NCBI GenBank assembly: GCA_963723495.1
Contig: CAVRQR010000006.1
Span: 498,107 to 562,106, forward strand
Source: an uncultured Acidobacteriota bacterium
GTDB taxonomy: Bacteria > Acidobacteriota > Vicinamibacteria > Vicinamibacterales > UBA2999
Length of the DNA: 64,000 bases
Direction: 5' to 3'
Shown: positions 39,597 through 48,398 of the stretch, one piece after another
Layout of the letters: each line of letters begins with the position of its first letter
How positions within the stretch are numbered: the stretch's first letter is position 1
Notes under the pieces: model-generated
The model's input: only the letters and a program-made list of their open reading frames with translations
Told to the model about the DNA's origin: nothing
Databases searched by the model: none
Translations under genes and position numbers: made by a program

Positions 39597-39762
39597 ATGT
39601 TGTCTATTCGGCGTCGTTGAGGTCGGAACGCTGCAGATGCGACACGATCAGACCGGGTCGGCCGGCTGTCTTGGAGCGGCGAGACTGATGCGCACGCACG
39701 GTTGACGGATCTGCTAGCTTTACGTTCAAAGCACCCGACGCACCGTCCAGATTCTGCTCCCC

Positions 39763-41010
39763 ATGAGCATCGAAGTACGTCTCACCGTGATGAATTTCCT
39801 GCAGTTCTTCGTCTGGGGCTCGTGGCTGACTTCGCTCGGCGCCTACATGATCAGCACGCTCGGCTTCAGTGGCAGCCAGGTCGGCAGCATTTTCGCGACG
39901 ATGGGCATCGGCTCGCTCGTGATGCCCGGGCTGACAGGAATCGTTGCGGATCGCTGGGCGAATGCGGAGCGCGTGTACGGCATCTGTCACCTGATCGGCG
40001 GCGGCCTTCTCCTCTGGGCATCCACCGTCGTGGACTTCGACACGCTGTACCTGATTATGCTGCTGAACGCGATGGTGTACATGCCAACGATCGCGCTCAA
40101 CAACACCGTGTCGTACAAGGTGCTGACCCAGAGTGGCCTCAATCGCGTTCAGAAATTTCCGCCGATCCGCGTCTGGGGTACGGTCGGTTTCATCGCTGCG
40201 ATGTGGATGGTGGATTTTGCCGGCTGGAGCAGAACTGCCCTTCAGCTGTCCATCGGCGCGGGTGCTGCACTGCTCCTTGGTGTGTACGCATTCACGATGC
40301 CGAAGTGCCCACCCACGAACTTTAATGGAACCCGTAGCCTGGTCTCGGCGCTTGGACTCGATGCCTTCGTCTTATTCCGACATCGGCAAATGGTCGTGTT
40401 CTTCGTCTTCGCGATGCTGCTGGGCGCGGTGCTCCAGGTCACCAACACCTTCGCTGGCGCGTTCCTGGATGATTTCAAGAGCACATATCCAGGCACCTTC
40501 GGCGTGGAACATCCGAACCTGCTGTTATCGATCTCGCAGATCTCCGAGACGCTGTTCATCCTGACAATACCGTTCTTTCTGGCACGGTTCGGGATAAAGA
40601 GAGTCATGCTGATCAGCATCTTTGCGTGGGTGTTCCGCTTCGGCCTGTTCGCGGCCGGCGATCCGGGCGCGCGTCTGTGGATGCTGGTGCTGTCGATGAT
40701 CGTCTACGGGATGGCGTTCGACTTCTTCAACATCTCCGGCTCGCTCTTCGTGGACCGAGAATCAGAATCGAGCATCCGAGCAAGCGCGCAGGGCCTGTTC
40801 ATGATCATGACCAATGGTCTTGGCGCCTTTCTCGGCGGCATCACGAGCGGCTGGGTCGTAGATCACTTTACGGTGAACGGTCTCAAGGACTGGCGCAGCA
40901 TTTGGATCACGTTTGCTGGCTACGCACTGACCCTGGGCATCGTCTTTCCACTGGTCTTCAGGTACAGGCACGATGCTGAGAAGACAGCGCAAGTCTTTCA
41001 GCGGACCTGA
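39763..41010 (+). CDS. nupG: Nucleoside:H+ symporter (NupG/XapB family)
   Basis: MNFLQFFVWGSW, FPPIRVWGTVGF, SQISE and RASAQGLF motifs. Confidence 0.85.
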   Translation: MSIEVRLTVMNFLQFFVWGSWLTSLGAYMISTLGFSGSQVGSIFATMGIGSLVMPGLTGIVADRWANAERVYGICHLIGGGLLLWASTVVDFDTLYLIMLLNAMVYMPTIALNNTVSYKVLTQSGLNRVQKFPPIRVWGTVGFIAAMWMVDFAGWSRTALQLSIGAGAALLLGVYAFTMPKCPPTNFNGTRSLVSALGLDAFVLFRHRQMVVFFVFAMLLGAVLQVTNTFAGAFLDDFKSTYPGTFGVEHPNLLLSISQISETLFILTIPFFLARFGIKRVMLISIFAWVFRFGLFAAGDPGARLWMLVLSMIVYGMAFDFFNISGSLFVDRESESSIRASAQGLFMIMTNGLGAFLGGITSGWVVDHFTVNGLKDWRSIWITFAGYALTLGIVFPLVFRYRHDAEKTAQVFQRT

Positions 41011-41036
41011 GTCACTGGACAACATTGCGGCCGAGT

Positions 41037-41432
41037 TCACAGAGGGTGTCCAGGGCAGAGGCGGACAATCGGTACGAGTTGCCAGTCGAATTCCCCGAGC
41101 CGATTCGGTCCAAGCCGTTCGACCGTCCTCAGCACAGTTGTGGCGTCTGTCAGGAGCCTGTCGACATCAACGCCCTGACATCGCGGCGAGAACGGTGTCA
41201 GGTAGCGCATGCCTCGCGTCAACATGTATATCGTCCCGTGGTAATTCCGATGGCGAAGATGGTGGAAAGCGACGCCAATCTGCAGGATGCCTTGATAGAG
41301 GTGGCGCACCTCGCGCGGTTCAGCCCTCCACAGCAGTTCCAATGTTTCGTGCTGCTCGAAGTACTCGCCGCGGTTGAATTGCGCGATCCCCTCTAACAGA
41401 CGAGGCGGTGGAGATTCGTCGCACTCACGCAT
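41037..41432 (-). CDS. DUF309 family protein
   Basis: GIAQFNRGEYFEQHETLE.LW and YQGILQ..VA..H motifs. Confidence 0.85.
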   Translation of the reverse strand: MRECDESPPPRLLEGIAQFNRGEYFEQHETLELLWRAEPREVRHLYQGILQIGVAFHHLRHRNYHGTIYMLTRGMRYLTPFSPRCQGVDVDRLLTDATTVLRTVERLGPNRLGEFDWQLVPIVRLCPGHPL

Positions 41433-41487
41433 GGTCTGGTCATGCCGGCGCCGCAGTCGATCAGAAAACAGCGCGGCGTGTATGAGG

Positions 41488-41562
41488 AGTAACACCACGT
41501 TGAGCTGCGAGCGGCGCCTTATCTGGCCATACGCCGCTCGTCGGCTCCAACGAGTCAGCCGG
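41488..41562 (-). other. attC-like integron cassette recombination site
   Basis: Minus strand reads GGCTGAC..GTTGGAGCCGACGAGCGGCG-loop-CGCCGCTCGCAGCTCAACG..GTTACTC; stem has two extrahelical bases; GNAT stop codon lies in the inverse core. Confidence 0.7.
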
Positions 41563-41998
41563 CGCCTTGGGCGTCACCCAGGAACTTTCGCAGGTGAACG
41601 TGCTGATGACCACGCGGATAATCCGGCAAACTCTCGACGATCTCGAAGCCTAGCTTTCGATAAAACTCGGGCGCTTGGAAGCTGTGCGTGGCCAGGATGA
41701 TCTGAAAACAGCTTCGGCGCCGCGCCTCCGTCTCCGCTAGCTTCAGAAGCTGCCGTCCGACGCCACGCCCGCGATGCCTCTCGTGCACCCACACCTGTCG
41801 AATCTCACAACAACCACCCCATGTGTGTCCGCAGAGTCCGGCGACTACTTCTCCATGCTCATTCCGACCGAAGATGGCAAGACTCAGCGCGTCGACGATG
41901 CCAGTCGCCTTGGCGTTGAACTCGTAGAGCCGATCCTCAAGAAACCCGATCTCCGCTGGCGTCGGGTCCGTGCGCATGACGAGGTGCGGGCTTCCCAT
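41555..41998 (-). CDS. GNAT-family acetyltransferase (gene cassette)
   Basis: VWVHERHRGRGVG and SFQAPEFYRKLGF motifs; RBS GGAG; core site GTTAGCC upstream (42020-42026). Confidence 0.85.
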   Translation of the reverse strand: MGSPHLVMRTDPTPAEIGFLEDRLYEFNAKATGIVDALSLAIFGRNEHGEVVAGLCGHTWGGCCEIRQVWVHERHRGRGVGRQLLKLAETEARRRSCFQIILATHSFQAPEFYRKLGFEIVESLPDYPRGHQHVHLRKFLGDAQGAG

Positions 41999-42237
41999 GG
42001 CGTGCTCCGCGATGAGTCCGGCTAACGTTGTATAGGTGGACCGCGCCAATCCGTAATCATCGCGCCGCAAGCGTGCCGACGTTGGCGACCCACCGCATGA
42101 CTTGAGCGAGATTATCCGTCCAACTTGCCTCGCGGCGAAGCCCCGCCGGTCCTGTCCTGACCCAGTGGCCCCTCGATAGGTAACGAGCAGTTGGAGAATG
42201 GCGCCCTGCTGCTCCTGATGTTCGGTCGCGCGCCCAA

Positions 42238-42395
42238 GTGACAGCCGAGAACCTCTTCCTTTGCTTGCGTGCCGTCGGGCTCGCGCATCGCGCTCGTCCT
42301 CCTGTCTTGATTTGTCGAAGAACGCGAGTTGATGACGATTGTGCGCCCCGCTACGCTCGTGCGATGGCACCGAGGGCCGTTTCGCCTATTCTGGC
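42238..42395 (+). pseudogene. Integrase-core transposase N-terminal remnant
   Basis: AENLFL..RIALVLLS..IVRPATLVRWHRGPFRLFW fragments. Confidence 0.6.
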
Positions 42396-42469
42396 TGGGT
42401 GCGCTAAGAGAGCCATGGCTCGACGGCGAGTGGGAGGAGCGGTCAAGGCTACCAGTCAGGAAATCTGAC

Positions 42470-42643
42470 ATGAACATCATCTACAAAGGCATGTGCGATC
42501 AGTGCAAAGCTGAAGTCACCATCATCTTGCGCCATGTCCGCACGCTCGAAAACCTACGTGGGCAATTCAAGCGCACGTGCATGATTTGTGAGCGCAGTGA
42601 AGTCATGCTGGAAATGCAGGGATTTAGGGGGGATACCGCATAA
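42470..42643 (+). CDS. Small Zn-ribbon-like protein (57 aa)
   Basis: CDQC and CMIC Cys pairs; AGGA upstream. Confidence 0.4.
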   Translation: MNIIYKGMCDQCKAEVTIILRHVRTLENLRGQFKRTCMICERSEVMLEMQGFRGDTA

Positions 42644-42809
42644 CGGCATCGTACGAGCGCTCCTCAAGCCGGACTAAGCATTGCTGTCCCGTGTCTACTA
42701 TCTCGAGCGCGAGTTCCGGCGCGTGCAATTCGAAATGTGTTTTCGTCAGGTCAGCATCGGCGCCGTTGTCTTCGGCATAGAGCACCCGCAGAGTGGTATG
42801 TGTGGTCAC
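42624..42809 (-). pseudogene. Truncated response-regulator receiver fragment
   Basis: LRVLYAEDNGADADLT..YD ends before the phospho-Asp; paralogous to the N-terminus of the gene starting at 48120. Confidence 0.7.
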
Positions 42810-43255
42810 CGTGCGAAACCGTCACGGAATGGTGGTTCGTTCGTGAGTAACCAGTAGACCTTGATGCTCTTCACGACTTCTGTGAACGTCAGGAAATCCA
42901 CCGGCTTGACGATGTACGAGTTCACGCCCAGTCCATAGGCAGTTTCGATATCCCTGTTCTCACGCGAGGTGGTCATCACCACGATTGGCACTTGTCGCCA
43001 GACAGGATCACTACGCGCCTGCCTCAACACCTCGATCCCATCGACTTTCGGCAAACGGAGATCCAACAGAACCAGAATTGGGACTTGCAAGTCGCCAGGC
43101 GATCGATGTTGCGCGATGTAATCCAGCGCTTCTTCACCGTCTCTGCACGCCACGATCGGGTTGGCGACACCGTTCCCCTCCAGAGCCTGGAACGTGAGAT
43201 CCAGATCCATAGGATTGTCTTCTACCAACAGAATCGGACGTATCAAGGTGTTCAC
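42806..43255 (-). CDS. Single-domain response regulator (Rcp1-like)
   Basis: ILLVEDN, LLDLRLPKVDG and NSYIVKP motifs. Confidence 0.9.
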   Translation of the reverse strand: MNTLIRPILLVEDNPMDLDLTFQALEGNGVANPIVACRDGEEALDYIAQHRSPGDLQVPILVLLDLRLPKVDGIEVLRQARSDPVWRQVPIVVMTTSRENRDIETAYGLGVNSYIVKPVDFLTFTEVVKSIKVYWLLTNEPPFRDGFAR

Positions 43256-46074
43256 GACGCACTCTCATGCAGAACGAGTGCACGTCGCGGCAATTCGACG
43301 AAGAAGGTGGCTCCTGCTGCCGGTGCCGATTCGCCCCAGATTCTGCCGCCCATCTTGTCGAGCACTTTCTTCGCTATTGCCAGCCCGGCGCCGGTACCCT
43401 CGAAGTCCTCTTGCCGCACCAGCCGATCGAACAGTCCGAAAATGCGGTCGTGGTACTTCATATCGAACCCGATTCCGTTATCAGCAACCTCGATGAGCAA
43501 CGCCTCGCCTCTCTCATGGCTAGCGATGCGAATCGACGATGGCTGCACATTTCGGCTGTATTTGAGTGCATTGTCGATCAGGTTGGTCAAGACCTGCAGC
43601 AGACCGCGCTCCCAGGTGTGTACGATCGTTGCGGTGAGGCTGACCGTCACTTCGGCGCCTTGTTCGAGAATTGTAGTATTCCGATCGCGCAGAATAATCT
43701 CGACGATTTGAGCCAGGTTGACCGTGATGGCGCTCGGCGTCTCCGAGTCAAGCCGAGCGTAATACAACAGATCCTCAATCAGGCGATCGAGATTATGCGT
43801 CGCCGCGACAATCTGTCTGACGCAGTGCAGCGCACGCTCGCTGAGGCCGACGCGGTGCCGTCGATCCAGTTCCGCAGCGTAACCGGCGATTCCACGCAGC
43901 GGCGCCTTCAGATCATGAGACACCGTATACGCAAACGCCTTCAATTCTTCATTTCTCGCCAGCAACAGCCGCTCGACATGGGCACGACGATTGACCTCGT
44001 GCTCGAGTTCCTCGTTCTTGTTGCGTAGTTCGCTGGTCCGGCTGGCGACCCGTTGCTCGAGGAATTCCAACGCGCGTTTGCGCTCGCTGATGTCGGCCAT
44101 CGCGCCAATGACGCGGACCGGCGTGCGCGCGTCGTCATATGTGACGAAAGCGCGGTCAAACACGTCCGCATACGAGCCATCGGCGCGGCGAAACCGGTAC
44201 TCGCCGGACCAGAACTGACCACCAGCCACCATGACCCCGCGAAGCCCCTCGGTCATCGCAGCCAAATCGTCAGGATGGACGTTTGCGGCTATCCAATCGG
44301 CGCTGTCCACGACATCGTCTGGGCCATAGTTGAATACTGAGGTGATTCCGCGATTCCACCACACAGTACCGGTCGTCAAGTCCCAATCCCAGATGACGTC
44401 ATTGGTAGCGCGAGCCACCATTTGAAATCGTTCTTCGCTTCGCCGAAGCTGATCTTCAGCCCGCTTGCGTTCGGTGATGTCCTGACAGATGCCGACCAGT
44501 TTCGTTGGACGGCCAGCGGTATCGACAATCCACGTGCCTTGGCTGTGGAGCATTCGCACGCTACCATCCGGTCGGACAATACGCTCTTCGAATTCGAACG
44601 GCGTGCTCTGGTGAAACGCCGCTTCGATCGCGGACCCCGTTGCGTGTCGATCGTCGGGGTGGACACGTTCGAGATAGCCCTCGAATGTGGGCGGGAATTG
44701 ATCAGGGGCCACCCCGAAGATCCGGCACAACTCCTCGGATCGTTCCACTTTATTGCGGCGCACGTCCCACTCGTAGCTCCCAAGGTGGGCGATCCGCTGA
44801 GCTTCTGCGAGTTGCGCTTCGCGCCTGCTTATTTCCTCGTCAGCCTGTTTACGGTCGGTAACGTCGAGACTGACACCCCGCATCCGCACGCATATGCCGG
44901 TTGTGTCGTATTCGCCACGCCCTGTCGTGGCGATCCATCGCACCGATCCGTCCGGGCGAATGATCCGACACTCCTCGTGGTACGTCGCGCCGCCGGCGAG
45001 TGCACGCCGCAGTGAGCTTCGGACGTGCGCCCGGTCTTCAGGATGGACGGCACTCATGACCATCTCAAATGTCAGGTCGGTCGCGGCTGTGGGCCAGCCG
45101 AACATCGCCTTCAGTTCATCACTCCAGACCAGCCGATCCGAACCCACTGTCCATTCCCAAATGCCGATGAGTCCGCTGGATGCCGCAAGGCGCTGTCGTT
45201 CCTCACTCGCCAATAGCGCTCGAGTTTCGCGATCTTTGACGATGGCAATGGCGGCCGTATGAGTGCATAGATCGACCATCCGCAACTGTCGTTCAGAAGG
45301 TCGCGTTGGACTGGGGAAGTAAAGAGCGAATGTCCCGAGCACGGCGCGCTGTCCGTCGAAGATCGGGGTGGACCAGCAGGCTCGCAGCCCGTGTGCGAGA
45401 GCGGCGGGACGATAGGATTCCCACAGCGGGTCCGTCGCGATGTCCTCGACCACGACCGGCTCACGCCGAAACGCGGCAGTGCCGCAGGAACCGGCTTGTG
45501 GACCAATCACCTGGCCATCAATCCCTCGAATGAAGCTGTCAGGGAGACTTGGCGCCGCGCCGTGGCGAACATGGATGCCGTCTGAATCCAGCAAGAGGAT
45601 CGAACAGAGCATCCCGGAACATTGCGCTTCAATGACGCGCAGCAGCGTATCGAGCGACTCCCGTAGCGGCGCTCCTCGGGCAATTAGCTCCAGGACACGA
45701 TTCTGCCCCGCGAGCAAGTCCGCGTTCTCTCGCGCGGCTTGTTCCGCCAGCTTGCGCTCAGTGATCTCATGGAAAAAAATAGAGAGGCCTTCGGGCGACG
45801 GGTAAATGCGATTTTCGAACCACCGCTTCCAGGGCTCATAGTAGTTTTCCATTTCTATGAACACCTGGTCGGCCATCGCTTTTTCGTACGCGAGATGAAA
45901 CGGCTGTCCCCGCCCCTCCGGGAACTCTGTCCAAATATGCCGGCCAACGAGGTCCTCTGGGCGGCGTCCGAACAGGTTGGCAGCCTGCTGGTTGACGTAG
46001 GTGTAACACCAGTTTTTGTCGAGAGCCACAAAGGCGTCGCTAACACGGTCGAGAATGTCGGTCAGTGGTTGCAT
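43252..46074 (-). CDS. PAS-GAF-PAS-PAS-PAS sensor histidine kinase
   Basis: PAS/PAC repeats (VHPED), GAF (GSCGTAA, ACWSTPI), VSHDLKAPL, NLIDNALKY, DNGIG and GTGAGL. Confidence 0.9.
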   Translation of the reverse strand: MQPLTDILDRVSDAFVALDKNWCYTYVNQQAANLFGRRPEDLVGRHIWTEFPEGRGQPFHLAYEKAMADQVFIEMENYYEPWKRWFENRIYPSPEGLSIFFHEITERKLAEQAARENADLLAGQNRVLELIARGAPLRESLDTLLRVIEAQCSGMLCSILLLDSDGIHVRHGAAPSLPDSFIRGIDGQVIGPQAGSCGTAAFRREPVVVEDIATDPLWESYRPAALAHGLRACWSTPIFDGQRAVLGTFALYFPSPTRPSERQLRMVDLCTHTAAIAIVKDRETRALLASEERQRLAASSGLIGIWEWTVGSDRLVWSDELKAMFGWPTAATDLTFEMVMSAVHPEDRAHVRSSLRRALAGGATYHEECRIIRPDGSVRWIATTGRGEYDTTGICVRMRGVSLDVTDRKQADEEISRREAQLAEAQRIAHLGSYEWDVRRNKVERSEELCRIFGVAPDQFPPTFEGYLERVHPDDRHATGSAIEAAFHQSTPFEFEERIVRPDGSVRMLHSQGTWIVDTAGRPTKLVGICQDITERKRAEDQLRRSEERFQMVARATNDVIWDWDLTTGTVWWNRGITSVFNYGPDDVVDSADWIAANVHPDDLAAMTEGLRGVMVAGGQFWSGEYRFRRADGSYADVFDRAFVTYDDARTPVRVIGAMADISERKRALEFLEQRVASRTSELRNKNEELEHEVNRRAHVERLLLARNEELKAFAYTVSHDLKAPLRGIAGYAAELDRRHRVGLSERALHCVRQIVAATHNLDRLIEDLLYYARLDSETPSAITVNLAQIVEIILRDRNTTILEQGAEVTVSLTATIVHTWERGLLQVLTNLIDNALKYSRNVQPSSIRIASHERGEALLIEVADNGIGFDMKYHDRIFGLFDRLVRQEDFEGTGAGLAIAKKVLDKMGGRIWGESAPAAGATFFVELPRRALVLHESAS

Positions 46075-46085
46075 GGTGCCAACCG

Positions 46086-48120
46086 TCAGCGGCGTCGGTC
46101 GTTGCGCGTTGACGGCGCGTCGAGCACTTCGCGGACCTTGCGCGTTAATTGGCTCGGTGTAAACGGCTTTTGCAGAAACGTTACTGGTTGTTCTCCCACT
46201 CCGTGTTCAAACACAGCAGCATCGGTGTAACCGGATATGTAAAGAACCCTCATGTCTGGACGGACCGTACTCAAGTGGGCGGCCAAGGTGGGACCACTCA
46301 TTCCAGGCATTACCACGTCGGTAATCAGCAGAGAAATCGGGCGCGCGACTGCTTCACACGCCGCCACGGCGGAGGGTCCTTCCGCGGCCTCGATCACGTC
46401 ATAGCCGTGGGTCCGGAGCACGTGACGCATCAAACTCCGGACCTCTTGTTGGTCCTCCACGACGAGAACCGTCTCGTCGCCACGGGGACTGTCCAACGCG
46501 GCGGGTGCGCCGATCACGGAGAGGGCGCCTTCGACACGAGGAAGGTAAATCTTGAACGTCGTCCCATGACCGACCTCGCTATAGACCCAGATCCAGCCGC
46601 CGCTTTGCTTCACGATCCCGTAGACCATCGACAATCCAAGCCCCGTACCCTTGCCGTGTTCTTTCGTCGTGAAGAAAGGCTCGAAGATGTGGGGGAGAAC
46701 GTCGTTATCTATGCCGATGCCCGTGTCGCTGACGGCAAGCATGACGTAGCTGCCGGGCCGAAAAGAGGGGTGCCGCTGCGCCTCCTCGTCGTCGATGCTG
46801 ACGTTGTCTGTTTCGATCGTCAACCGGCCGCCGTGTGGCATCGCATCCCGGGCATTCACTGCGAGATTGACCAAGAGCTGATTGAGTTGGCTTGGATCCG
46901 CTTCGACGTGGCCAAGATGTGGATCGAGGACGGTGACGAGTTCAACCGACTCGCTGAGCAGGCCGGAAAGCATACTCGGTACTCTCGCGGATTGACTCAT
47001 TCAGGTCCATCACACGAGGTTGAAGGAGCTGACGCCGGCCAAAGGCCAGGAGTTGCCGCGTCAGATCGCTGGCGCGTCTGGTGGCCGCGCTCACGTTCCT
47101 TACGTTTTCGCGCAAGGGAGCATCGGGAGCGAGTTTCTCCAGCATCAAGTCGGCGTGGCCGGTGATCACAGTCAACAGATTATTGAAATCGTGGGCGACT
47201 CCTCCGGCGAGTCGGCCGAGTGACTCGATTTTCTGCGCCTGTTGCAGCTGTTCAGACAGACGCGCCCGCTCGGCCTCGGCTCGCTCTCGATCGGCGAGCT
47301 CGGCTTCGAGCCGCCGATTAAGCTGCATCAGACGGAACCGATCGATGGCGTTGTCGATGGCGTACGGTACTTGCGTCAGGTACCCCTCACGCTTAAGGAT
47401 GTAGTCGTATGCGCCGAGCTTCAGCGCCGCAACCGCGGCGGTTTCGTCCCCGCGCCCGGTCACCACGACTACTGGAACGGACTGGCCGCGTTGGCGCAGC
47501 TGCCGCAGGAAATCCAATGCGTGCATGTCTGGCATGCGCAGGTCGACGAGAACGAGATCGACCAGAGTCCGCTGCAGCAGTTCCAGACCTTCGGTCGCTG
47601 TGCGGACGATATCCAGGTGTAGATGGGGAGCGTGCTCAGCCAGGTACCCTGCAGTGAAGTCGATGTCGGCCTCACTGCGCTCGATGTACAAAATGCGCCG
47701 ACGACTCCGTCGGGCGGCGTAGCCAACGTCACGGAGCCTGTGATATTCAGCGGCCGCTTGCCTAATCAATGAGGGCAAATTCCCTATGTAGTCACCCTGC
47801 TTCGGTACATAGTCCCACGCGCCGAGTCGGAGAACACGAACCACCAGGTCTTCGTCGCCAACAGCAGTCGCCACGATCACCGGCAAGTACACGTTGTGGA
47901 TCGCCAGCGCTTTGAGGACATCGACTGCATCCATGTCGGGAAGGCGGTAATCGAGCAGCAGCACGTCGTAGTGATTGTTCTGCAGCCGCGTCAGGCAGGC
48001 CTCTCCGTACTCGACTATGTCGAGCTGAATGTCGGTAGCATTAGTCGCGAAATGGCGGCGTGTGAGGTCGGCATCCGAAGCGTTGTCTTCGGCATAGAGC
48101 ACACGCAGCCGTCGATCCAT
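46086..48120 (-). CDS. Hybrid histidine kinase REC-REC-HisKA-HATPase-REC (frameshift near 46978)
   Basis: Two N-terminal receivers; AHDFNNLL; NARDAM; FFTTK..GKGTGLGL; C-terminal receiver. Confidence 0.85.
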
Positions 48121-48244
48121 GCGCTACGCCTCCGCCGGGCCCCGGCAGCAACCTGTCGTGGCGACGCGAATTGTCTACGCTCATTGACGTAGCTCCGCTG
48201 CAGCGGCCGCGACAGCGTTCTTATATCACGTGCGTGACGACGTT

Positions 48245-48292
48245 TTTTCGACGGACATATCGTGCGCGTTTTCGACGGACACATCGTGCGCG
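48245..48292. repeat. 24-bp tandem direct repeat (2 copies)
   Basis: TTTTCGACGGACA(T/C)ATCGTGCGCG x2. Confidence 0.7.
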
Positions 48293-48398
48293 CCCCACGA
48301 CGGTCGAGCTAGTCCGTCGGGCAGGCCGTTGGTTACGTCGACCTGAAGGAGATCACTGTTCGTCGACATCTGCTTCCAGCCAACTTCGTGACGTGCGG

